Shown here: positions 53,523 through 64,000 of the stretch, in pieces
How the letters are laid out: each line of letters starts with the position of its first letter
Position numbering within the stretch: the stretch's first letter is position 1
Assembly (NCBI RefSeq): GCF_036321535.1
Contig: NC_087437.1
Span: forward strand, 76,696,001 to 76,760,000
Source of the DNA: Camelus dromedarius
Lineage: Eukaryota
Length of the DNA stretch: 64,000 nucleotides
Reading direction: 5' to 3'
The notes under the pieces: model-generated
What the model was told of the DNA's origin: nothing
Seen by the model: only the letters and a program-made list of their open reading frames with translations
The model's database searches: none
Program-made: the position numbers and the translations under genes

Positions 53523-54419
53523 TGCTTTGGGTGTGTCTGTCTACCTACCTACCTACCTATCATTCTCATCATCATTATCTATCTGTCTGTTTGCCTGTCT
53601 GTCCATCCATCCACCCTCTCTAAGAAAGTATGAAAAGAGTGTGTGCATCATATGCATTTATAAAATTTTTGATATGCCAAATGCTTGTATGTGACAACCC
53701 TCAATTGACTATTCTCTAGTTTTCTAAAATAAAAATCAGTTACTTTATTAAAAGTTGTAATATTCATGAGTGATTAAGGCTCTATGAGCAATAGTGCCAA
53801 AATTTTTGATTGTATAGGTAAGGTTATGAGACATATTTTTATTTATCAAGAGAAAATATGAGCTAATTGGTCTTAAAGAAACATGTTTTGATGTAGAACA
53901 GTCTGCACTCTGGTAAGTCTTGAGAATGTAACAGAGAATTTCACTAAGGAAATTGCAGTCAGTAATGTGAGGATGATACTTGGCAGAAACTTCTGAAAAC
54001 AGAGTGTAGATAGAATTCTTTGACACCTAAGCAACAATTCAGGAAGGCCGACTGATATTAATTACAGCTAAACAAATCTTTCTTATTTCCCAGTCTCTGT
54101 CAAAAGAGGGCTACTGAGCAGTATTTATCTTTTTCAAAAGACAGAAAATAGATGCAATTGGCATCTAAATCGAACTCAGATTATTTATTATCCTTTTACA
54201 TTATCATACAAATCCAGAACCTTGTGATTATCACTATCTTTACTGAAATCACTGGTAATAGTTTTATAATCTCTATCAATCCAAGTTTCTTCATGGCCTA
54301 ATTTCTGCTTATCATTTCTGCTTAATTTCTTGTTCACTTCTTCCTGTCACACACCCTGCTACTCACCCCATGGACCAGTCATAGCTTCTGGTGCTGAAAT
54401 ACTCTGTGCTCTTGCTCCA

Positions 54420-54640
54420 TTACAGTCAAGTGGTTAAAAGGATAGACCCTGCATCCAGCCCTGTCCTACAGTTACTCTGCCATTTCCAAACTGTGTGACT
54501 ACAGTAAGTTACCCTCTCGCCTTGTGCCTCAATTTCCTCACCTGTAAGCTGAGAGTAATGTTAGTACCTCACCTGGATGTGGAAGGATCAAGTGGAGAGT
54601 GCTTGGCTCATAGCAGCTTACATATTCTTTGGTTCTCTGT
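54420..54640 (+). mobile_element. MIR SINE
   Basis: CTGTGTGACT...TGTGCCTCAATTTCCTCACCTGTAAG. Confidence 0.75.
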
Positions 54641-56169
54641 TATTTGGTAGGAATAATGCAGTTTTGTTTAGTGTCTATTCTGCTCCGTTTGGCTCTTCAA
54701 ATCTATTACTGTGATTGGGAATATATTAAATGTGTGTGTTTAAAACATTTAAAATTCTACTTTATGAATATGTATGATAAAAGGAATTCATTTTGATAGA
54801 GTGCTTGTACATGTTGATTATTGCATAACTGTTGAGAAATTAATGAGAATTTTATTAAAAATGTTCCTGTTGCCTAGAGACAACATACATGCCTGAAAGT
54901 ATCTCTACAAATTTTGCATTGGACAACTGAGGTTTATGTGTGCATTTGTTTCTTCCTATAAAAAGAAATTAAGTGTGTAGAAGGCCCCAAGGAAAATCTC
55001 CTTCCTTTTACCTTGACTGGTTTACTATAGGGTGAACATTCTGGAATTCTGTGGTAATCGGACCCAAGTGTGACGCTACAGGAGAGACTGACCTGTGTGA
55101 GGAGATTGAAGTGCTGGTTCACATTCAGCTCCTTTTCACTCTGGCTCTTATCACTACGAATGGGACCGCTGTGTGCTCAGCCCTGCCCTGTCCGTATCTC
55201 TCACAAAGTGCAGAAGGGCTGCAGGAAGTCTTTAAGAAGTAGATATTTGTCTTTCCAGGGATTAATAGCATCCTTCTTTGTCTGAGTAATGGATCTTACA
55301 TTATGTATTTTAAACTTATTGAGCATTACTTATTTCCTATAATGCATGCCAAAAATGTTGCTAAAAGCTGATTTCCATTTGGTCATCTGTCAGATTAACT
55401 CGTTACCAGTTAGCCTCCCCTGGTACAAATTTTATCGTCTAAGCACTAAAAATATCTTTACAGAATCCTCAAAAATGCATACTACAAACAAGTTGCCACA
55501 TCCGAAAATGGGATTATTTATTCAAGTATTTTATTTGCAACTGACTGTTTGACAGTTGTGGCAAATAGCAACGTAACAAATATGGAGAAATGTTTTAGAT
55601 GTAATTTTTCCTCTTTTGACACTTAATTTGCTGTCACACATTGAGTTCAAAATCCTTAGTGTGATTTACAGAATCCCAAAACATTCCGTTCATTTGTTTG
55701 TGTTCTGTGATTTCTATGTTAGCTTTCCCTGATTTCCCAGAGACATACTCTGTTCACTTTTCTAAATTTTTATTTTCTTAATCCCCATGAGAAAAAATGA
55801 ACCAGCCATTGCAACAAATGCACCAGTTAACTAAAAGACCACCCAAATGTAAGTATATATACTTAGATAAATATATAAAACCCAAGACTATCCCTTTGTT
55901 TTCTTTTGCTCACTCAACAAATCAGTCACCATATCCTTGTGTTGATCATTCTCTTGTCATTCTTTCTCTCCGTTCTTGGTCCGGGTCTCATCATTCCCTG
56001 CCCATCTAGTGCGCTAACTTTTTCTCAGGTTTCCCTTCCTCTGGTTTATCCCTCCCTAGGCTCTTCTATTCAACATGGCCAGTGTAATTGCCCACTTTCA
56101 TCATTGTCATTTCTTTGCTTAAAAACAGTGTTTATTATTTATTTATCAAAAGGAAACTTTTAAGCCCTT

Positions 56170-56530
56170 CTAACTTGAAGTCAAGTACTAACTTCTGACC
56201 AGTGGATTGTGGGCAGAGGTGATGTGCCCATCTTCATGCCTCAGCCACAAAACCTCCCACACCACTGGCCACATACTTTCTCTCTTCCGTCATCTGCTGA
56301 CTGAATATAGGTAATCCAGTGGAGAACTTTGAAGTGATAGGGGATGGAAGAACCAACAGATTAAAAAGAGTAGGGTCTTTGAATAACATCATGGTGTAGA
56401 GCTCCTTGCCTCCTAATTCTGCTCCTGACATTGGACTGTTATGTAAGCAAGAAAGAAAATCCCATTGTGTGAAGACACTGAGACATTTGGGGATATTTGT
56501 TGAAAACAGTTAGCCAGTTAGCCTAATATG
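56170..56530 (+). mobile_element. MaLR LTR (MLT1J-like)
   Basis: TTCTGACCAGTGGATTGTGGGCAGAGGTGATGTG...TGTGTGAAGACACTGAGACATTTGGGG. Confidence 0.8.
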
Positions 56531-58819
56531 TATCAGTTTCACAATAACACCATTGCCAGAGCAAATCAAGATTTATAAACTTACTGGGAGGTTATTATGT
56601 GGATTTGGGACTTTCTGTGCATACTGTATTTTTTTTATAGCTTTTGAATATAATTGTATTTTTACTTTTATAATTCTTTAAGCAAGTGATTTTTAATTTT
56701 GTATTGGAGCATTTGAAAATGTCTGTTTGTTTATTCATTCATCCATGCAGCATTTTTTAGCATCTATTTTGTCCTAGGTACTGTGTTTATACAAAGAGGA
56801 AGAGAAAAAAGGTTATATCTTCAATAAAAAAAACTTATATTACAGTTTCACCTTGAGCCCATTTACTACTTAATTTTTATGTTCAGCATAAAACCTCAAC
56901 AGTACTATCTCTTGTCTCAGAATCCCAAGTGATTGGAGTCTCATTTTCAGGCCTTATCTGAGACACACAGAATTGTTTCATTGTCTGATTCTTCCTAGGA
57001 TTTGACGTTAATGGAAGAGGTTTTGCTTTTTTGTTTGTTTTTCATTATTGATTCTAAAGGAAAAAATAGCTTTTACTGAATTCCCACCCTTGTACAAAAT
57101 CAACATAGCATTTATTTTGCAACCCATTCCTTTAGGCATTTCTTTTCATGGCTTGAGCACTTTGAAGGCAATACCATGATAAAGAAAGCACCTCCTATCA
57201 CTTCTAGCAGTTGAGTTTTTGTTAGGTAACTAGATCTAGGGACATAGGAAGGAAATCACATCTTCTGACTTGGGCCAGCACTGAAGCTGGGTTTGTCATT
57301 TCTGGCCAATTTCCTTTTTAACCACCCTTCTCACTGTCATCTGATAAAGTCTACCTCTTATCTGAGGGCTTAACAGTGACATTTACTAACTCATTTTGAA
57401 CAAAATGCAGTGATATCAAGAGGGTCTTGACACTTTATTTCAGATTCCTGTTTTGCTTCCCAATAACAATGGTTCATTCTTTACATTTCCTGCCTTTGGA
57501 AAAAATATATGCCAAGAACTTTAGATTTGACTCCTAGGTTACTTAAAATAAAATTCCGAATTAACGGGTGAGCTTAGTCAGTGCTGTTCTCAGGTGTGTG
57601 CAAGATTGTTAAACAATCCCTGATAATATCTTTCACAACCTTCTGAGTGTGTAGGGGCTGAGGCATGTCAAGAAAGGTCAAGAGAAGAGAGAGGAAGAAA
57701 AAAGAAGCCTGATATTTGGTTTCTAAGCCTGGCTCTGGAATCAGACCTGGAAGCTGTAGGGACTAGCCACCGTAGAGACCATGCTGCTAACCTTCTTTGT
57801 TTTTCCTATACATTAATGGACTCAGTAAGGTGATGACACATCACATTGTCATTAGCTGTTTATGTTTGTTTTCCGTGTTTGAAGGAAAGGACCATGTGTT
57901 ACATGCCTTGAAATCTTGAAACAGATGCATTCAATACAGTTTTGGTGACTAAGGGAGTGAATAAGTGAAGTGACTACATTTGCCCATCGCTGTAGTATAA
58001 TAGGACGATATAACTGAGCTATAAACTTGATCACACATGAATCCTGATTTCCCATCTAGGCTTTTTACAGAATAAGGGTAGGAAATGAAGAAAATTAGTA
58101 GGGAGAAAGAGGTGTGAAGAATAGTGTAGTGTAAATGAGGAGGAAATGGTGAGAGTCAATCATTAAAGAGAATAGAAGAGATTGAAAGGTGAGAGGAGAT
58201 AGGATTTATAGACGGGGATAGAGAAAGAGCTAGGAAAGAGATTAAAATGTTGGGGGAGTCAGCCAGTAAGCTTCCAGGATTATAGTCAATAGTAGTTCTC
58301 TGACCCACTGAACAGGATGTTGTGAAGATGTCATACAGTAAACTACAGAGTTTCTCAGAGGGAAGCTGTTCCGTAGATAAGAGAGTCCCATTGTTCTGTA
58401 TTACTATTTTCCTTTCATGTTGGGCGGATGTACCAGTGACAGTTGGAGTCTCCTTTCAGCCAAATAGCTCCCATATGCTACATAAGGCTGCTGCTGATTA
58501 AAAATCTATGGAAGATTCAGGCTCTATGTGGAACAATAGCAGGCTGAATTCGATTTATCAGTCTTCTGCGGAAGCAAAGATAATCAAATTAACCCCTTCA
58601 GCAACTTTGGGGCCAAGCCATTTGCTGAGATGACAATGGATTTGAGTCACACACTTTCAGTTTGTACACCTGCTGCCTGTTAATCACAAGTTTCTGGCAT
58701 TTTGTGAATTTTTTTTTCCCTACTCATATCTTATGGGCTTTGTCAGTTAAAGGCAAAGGTATGTCTTTGAAAATTTTTACTGAAACATGTATGAAAATAT
58801 AGGGAGATCAGTAGGGAAA

Positions 58820-59010
58820 CAAAGTTGTGGGTGATGTGCAGAAAAACACAATCTTTAGTCAGAGAAATCTGGGTTTCAGTATGCTTTTTAACTTATTAGT
58901 ACATGATCTGTATAAGTGATTTAAGTCCTGTGAACTTTGGTTCCCTTATCTGTAAAATGAGGATGATGATATTCATCTGAGGGTTGTCTTGTGGATTAAG
59001 TCACATAATT
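58820..59010 (+). mobile_element. MIR SINE
   Basis: TTCCCTTATCTGTAAAATGAGGATGATGAT core. Confidence 0.75.
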
Positions 59011-59046
59011 TATGTTTGGCTGTGCATTCTGGAAAAATCTAGGTAG

Positions 59047-59668
59047 TGAGAACTGCAAAGAACTCTCGGCTCAAACACTCCTTTCACTCCATCTGGCACT
59101 AAGAGATTTGGCCAAACTTTAGCATGGCCTCCAGTAGCCTAACACCGCATGTTAACCCTGAGACAACCCAGTCTCCTTTGGAGTTCTTGTCTGGAAAAGC
59201 TCAGGGATGTCAGAAAATTTACTCTTTGTTCTAGACAACACCTGATCTCTTAGAGTATTTACTAAAATAAGGATTGCAATGGTGAATCCTTTCTCTGAAC
59301 CTTTGAGATATAAATGTATCTCTTTCAACTCAGAAGTGTCTTTCTCAAGGACCTGAACACCGTTCCTTTGAAATGTAATCCTCAGAAAGGATAGAGCCTC
59401 TGTCTCCTAGGATCTGTGGAAGGACAGGGTCCTAATTTCAGTAACTGCCAGGTAGCAGAGACAGCTACTAACTGGCAGCTGACCCACCCTTTGTAATTTT
59501 GAGGCCCTGCCCACTCCCTTTTCCTACACGCTCATTCTGCCTTTAAAATGCCTGGTCACCTCTGCGCAACCAGAATGGAGCTCAGCTCTTTTAGCTGCTG
59601 TCAGTATTTACTGAATAAAATCTATTTTCTCCACTCTAACTAATGTCTGACCTTGTTTATATTTGAGA
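59047..59668 (+). mobile_element. ERV1 solo LTR (MER67/MER31-like)
   Basis: TGAGAACTG start, CCAAACTTTAGCATGGC, CCTTTGAAATGTAATC, AATAAA; perfect 4-bp TSD GTAG. Confidence 0.85.
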
Positions 59669-59919
59669 GTAGAGAGTGGCTTTGTGGTAACACCTACCAA
59701 ACCCCTGCCCCTAGACCTCTTTTAATGGTGTGTGGGTTTGTGTGTGTGTGTGTTTTCGGAAAGAGGGGACAAATTTCAGTCTTCTCAGGAAAGGTCATGG
59801 GAAGAAATTGAGGAAAATGTGAGAAGGTTGTTGTCTGTTTCCTGACTCTGGCCCTGGGGAATAGGCCTGAGGGTTAGTTTCTGCTCATCAATTTTTCAAA
59901 GGTCAGAAATATAACTTAA

Positions 59920-60480
59920 ACAAGGTTTCATTATTTTAGCTTAAACCAAAATGGAACTTAAGGTGGATTCAGCTTTAGGCAAGGTGCAGAGATTTAAAGG
60001 ATGAAATTAGGACTCTATTTCTTCCTGTTGATTATGCTGTCCAGTAAAATGAATTTCTGTCATGTTAGAAATGTTCTGTATCTGAGCTGTATGATATGAT
60101 AGCACATGTGACTACTGAGCACTGGAAGTGTGGCTAATAGCAATTGAAGAAGTGCATGTCTTAACTTAATTTTAATGAATTCAAGTGTGAAAAGCCACAT
60201 GTGGCTGGTGGCTACTCTGTTAGAGTGCACAACTTTAAATCATGCTGTGCTTACCTCTTTCATGGTTTTATTTTCAGTTTATCTCCTTGTGGTGTCAAGA
60301 TGACTCCTGGAAGCTCCAGACATAGCTGGTCCTTAAAGATTATGATCTCACAGACAGAGAAAGCCATTTCTTCTTCAGCAGGCTTATCGATCCCTGAGAA
60401 GGACTCGAATTGGCCTTGTTGAGGTGAGTCATGATGTGCAAGAGAATGGACACTCATGGTCCAGCCTGAGTCACATCCTG
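59920..60480 (-). mobile_element. Old MaLR LTR (MLT1K/L-like), split by MER3
   Basis: CAAGATGACTCCTGGAAGCTCCAG, GAAGGACTCGAATTGGCC. Confidence 0.55.
60033..60232. mobile_element. MER3 hAT MITE
   Basis: GCTGTCCAGTA, GAAATGTTCTGTATCTG, AGCCACATGTGGCTGGTGGCTAC. Confidence 0.85.
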
Positions 60481-63400
60481 TTGCAGGCCATTCAGTTCAC
60501 TGCTGTTAAGGAATTGCTTTGAGTTCAAGAGGAACAGTTATCAAATGGTAGTTAAAGCAGAAGTTGAAGGGCTTTGTGAAACAGGGCAAAAGTAGTGACA
60601 TCTTGTGGCCTCGGTGACAAAGTGCTGTACAGTGTTAAGGACTAGAACATTTCTTCCCAATCACAGAGAGGGTTTGGCACCTAAAGTCCTGGCCAGGCAG
60701 CAGCAGAAACCATACAATTTATCAAGAAGTGTCCTTAAAGCAACAGTAGCAGCATCCAAGACCCATTAAAGAAATCTTATGTACAGACAGCAATAGAAGA
60801 GTAGCAGAGTGAAGGGCAGAAAGGACATGGCAGGTGTCATATGGCTCCTGTACCAGGTATTCCGCTTCCTGAGCACATGACAAACACTCTCCAGGAACTC
60901 TCAGAATACTAGGTAGGATTTGGTAGGAAGCTGGAATACCTATGAGTAAAGGTGAAGACAAATGTAGGAAACAAGACTTTACTATTAATGTGACAATAGT
61001 TGTGTTCAAGGGCTGGTAAAGTTGAGGTATTTGAATTATGTATTAATAGTGCTTAAATAGCACTTGAAACTATTAGGTGCTCAAGTTTTACCTGCTGTTA
61101 CCTGCACATGCATGCCTGTGTGTGTTACCACTCATCCCCCTTCACACACTCTCAAATTCATTCCTCCTCAGATAGGGTTTTCCCATGCTTTATTGATATT
61201 GGTGGTATGAAGAAACATACTAGAGTTAACTTTAGAACTATAAGGATTCATTCTCTGAAACCCTAAGTGGTAGAAAAATCCACTGTTGAGAATGTTGGAA
61301 GCAAATCTATAGACCAGGACTAACATTCAGCATTTATAACATGTGACCGTATCAGTTGTTAGATTATAAAATGACTTTGGACTGATTTTATATAGCAACT
61401 TCTCTGAGTCCCTCAAGTTTTATCCCTTATTGCTTCAGCCACTTCTGCCTCTTGCCACAATCCAGCAATTGAAGGCGTAATTCTCAACACAGGTAGATGC
61501 CTCTAGGACCAAGATACTCTAAACCAGTTTATATTCAGATTGGTCAGTGGTTTTGCCAGTCCTTTTCTCCAGAATCCCAATTGCTAAGCACAAACTTTGG
61601 CTTCCCAAGAAAACCCAAGATGACCAGTTCATGTTCTACAAGATTTTTATTTCGCTTGTGTCTGTTCATCCACCTAAATTATTTCTGCTTTGTTGATTAT
61701 ATAACTTTTACATCTTCTTGTGATCACAGAGACAAACACTAATGGAATGTTTAAGATACGTTGCCTTGTTTAGGGAAGCCATAAAACCTTTGCTTTGCAT
61801 CAGAGGAATATAGTAAAAAGATAAAGGTGTTAAAATTTGATTTTGTAGTGATGTAGTCCACAGTGAGAATTTGAAAAAAAAAATGTTGCAGATACGCCAG
61901 GAGACTAAGTTTTTTCTAATGAAAACTGCCATTGGTAGCTATAAGTTAGATAGTCATGATTAAAAACTTATGGATGGTTAGGGGATACAAACAACTGGGA
62001 CAAAAACTATGATCAACAGTCTCCATCATTTCCAATCTGATTGCCTCAGGTCCTTGTATTACAGGTGAACATGTGGATCACAGGTAGAGGATTGTGTGTT
62101 GTGACTGGGTGAGGATGCTCATTTTCTCTGTCAAGAACTCCTATGTCAATGTTTTTTATTTTCCTTCAGGAAATGAATATTCACCTTTTTTTTTGGGCCA
62201 TAAAAACAATTTATATCCATGATTTTATGTTTATTATATATAGACCAGTGTCTTGTCAAATACACACACACATTTACACACAGACAATTATAGGTATTGG
62301 CATACATAGGTTTATTTAGTTAGGTCATGGTAACATTGTTTATGGAGATTTTTGTGGAGATGAAGTGATTGAAAATGTAGGGAAAAGTTGTGGCCTTATT
62401 TCAAGACAGATTGGATCAATAATTCTGAAGACAAAACTGTAGCTATTAGTAAGGCTAAAACCTTGAGAAAAACAGAATCTTTCAACTTTAGGTCACAAGT
62501 AATAAGAATACATTGTTTTGCAGTCTTTGGATGGTTTAAAGTTTTGAAGGTTTTGCAGTATAAGTACGTCTCCACTGTTTTGTCAGATAACAGACTCATT
62601 ATGCCAGAGATGAAGCAATGTATTCAATGAGGTTTATGACTTCTTTGAACTCTCTTTCTTCTTTCCTCAGATATGGATCAAAACCTAGAAAGGTGACTCT
62701 TGTTTCCTCTGCCTCATTACCCTAAAACTGTGAAGAAGATTTTAAGGTTGTAAATTCCAGATATGAATATCTCAGAGGTCAAATTTCTCTAACTGAAAAT
62801 TACATCACAGGACAGTAACACATGAGCCAGCAACTCAGATCTATGTTTCTTTACTTAGATTTGTTTACTAAGGAAAATTATGGCAACTGCTATGACTTCA
62901 GAAAGTCCAGCCTCAGCATTTGAGAGCATTTAGTGTTTAGCCAAGTGGCAGAGCAGCAAACTCATTTTAAGTAAGATATTTAAAGAAGAAAGAAATGTCA
63001 TATGTCATCAGCTGGCATAATTTAACTTGCAAATCAGATATTGGCAAGAGCTAGTTGGCAGCAGATGGCTGAACTCTTCTTTGTTTCAGACCCCAAACCT
63101 ATCCTTTCCCATTTTGTGTTGGAAATCTAATTAAAAGCCTTTTTATCACCATCAGATTAATTATAAACATGCCTTTTTATCTGGTAGGAAATTGACCTGT
63201 GTTTAACAAGCTTCCCTCCAAACCCTCTATTTTCCAAGATTTTCAAGAAGAATTTTTTTCCAAGCTGACTTATTCAAACTAAATCTACCTAATCTTTATA
63301 TCTTAAACCCCATGAGCTACTACTTAGGCCAAATATGAGTTGATTTATTTACTATTTAGAATATAAACTGCTATTAATATAAAAGTACTTGCAAATTTAA

Positions 63401-63681
63401 TTTCTCTACTTCTAGTTAGTTTGATGAAATTCATTGAAAGACAACTTTCTTCTGACTAAATACCTACCATGGCCAATAGAATCTTACAAAGCTTAATTTT
63501 GAAGTCTTTTATCATATGGTGGTACAATTAATATCAGAAAGAAGGACATATGTTTCATTAACTTGCCTGTTACTCTATGAGTTTATGATGTGATAACTGA
63601 CATTTCTGAGCCATCTGTTTCTATATGACATAATATAAACCATACATGCCAATGGACTGAAGTATTTTGACTTAGTAAATC

Positions 63682-64000
63682 TGTTACTGTAAAAGGGGAA
63701 GAGAAAAGACCCCAGCTCTTGTCATACCTGGAAGATAAGAATTCAGACAGGAGACACAACATTGTGTAGCAAAAGATTTTAAAGGATTCATTTAGCAAAG
63801 GGAAAGTATACCTCCAAGAATGGGAGGCAGGCTGATCCAAGGGAGGACAAGTGGCGGTCTTTGTTTGCCCCTTCTCTTACATCCTCACTTAGAGGTGGTC
63901 TTTTGATTGATTGAGGCTCTTGCCCCTGGAATGCTTAGTCTTGTATATCCTCTTTGCACACCTCCTTATCCATGATGCATACAGAAAAACCCATGAGGGT
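63682..64000 (-). mobile_element. ERV LTR cut by the window end
   Basis: TGTTAC terminus; AAGAATTCAGAC...GAAAGTATACCTCCAAGAATGGGAGGCAGGC layout similar to the other minus-strand LTRs. Confidence 0.6.

Larger units (their letters stand above)
47900..54090 (+). mobile_element. Probable AT-rich ERV1 (MER4-group-like) internal remnant, split by L1 and LTR16
   Basis: Segments ~47900-48614, 52621-53050 and 53640-54090 resemble non-coding MER-int text and join across the L1 TSD. Confidence 0.4.

Noticed and set aside
62388..62630. Overlapping sense and antisense ORFs
   Set aside because: Short, with no recognisable protein similarity or convincing exon boundaries.
1..64000. CRISPR array, tRNA/rRNA/snRNA genes, CpG-island promoter
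   Set aside because: No repeat-spacer periodicity, recognisable structural RNA or CpG island was seen by eye; an Rfam or tRNAscan run would be needed to exclude them fully.

Overview
AT-rich, CpG-poor eutherian mammalian genomic DNA that looks intronic or intergenic. The young L1 3' ends and the absence of recognisable Alu, B1/B2, Bov-A/BovB, PRE-1 or Can-SINE point to a camelid-like cetartiodactyl (inference). I found no supportable host protein-coding exon, RNA gene or CRISPR array; nearly all listed ORFs are repeat-derived or spurious. About half the window is transposon debris: L1, L2, MIR, MaLR/ERVL/ERV1 LTRs and hAT/Tigger MITEs, many with visible target-site duplications (TSDs). Repeat family names come from memory of consensus sequences, and boundaries are approximate unless a TSD is quoted. 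Highlights: (1) a probable ancient Ty3/Gypsy-type integrase fossil at ~24.8-26.8 kb (minus strand), visible only after removing nested insertions; (2) a TSD-bounded, two-LTR ERVL/MaLR chimeric provirus at 6054-9087 inside an old L1; (3) an end-to-end but only ~4 kb L1 with three internal deletions, one joining the endonuclease in frame to the post-RT region; (4) several candidate enhancer motif clusters in unique sequence.
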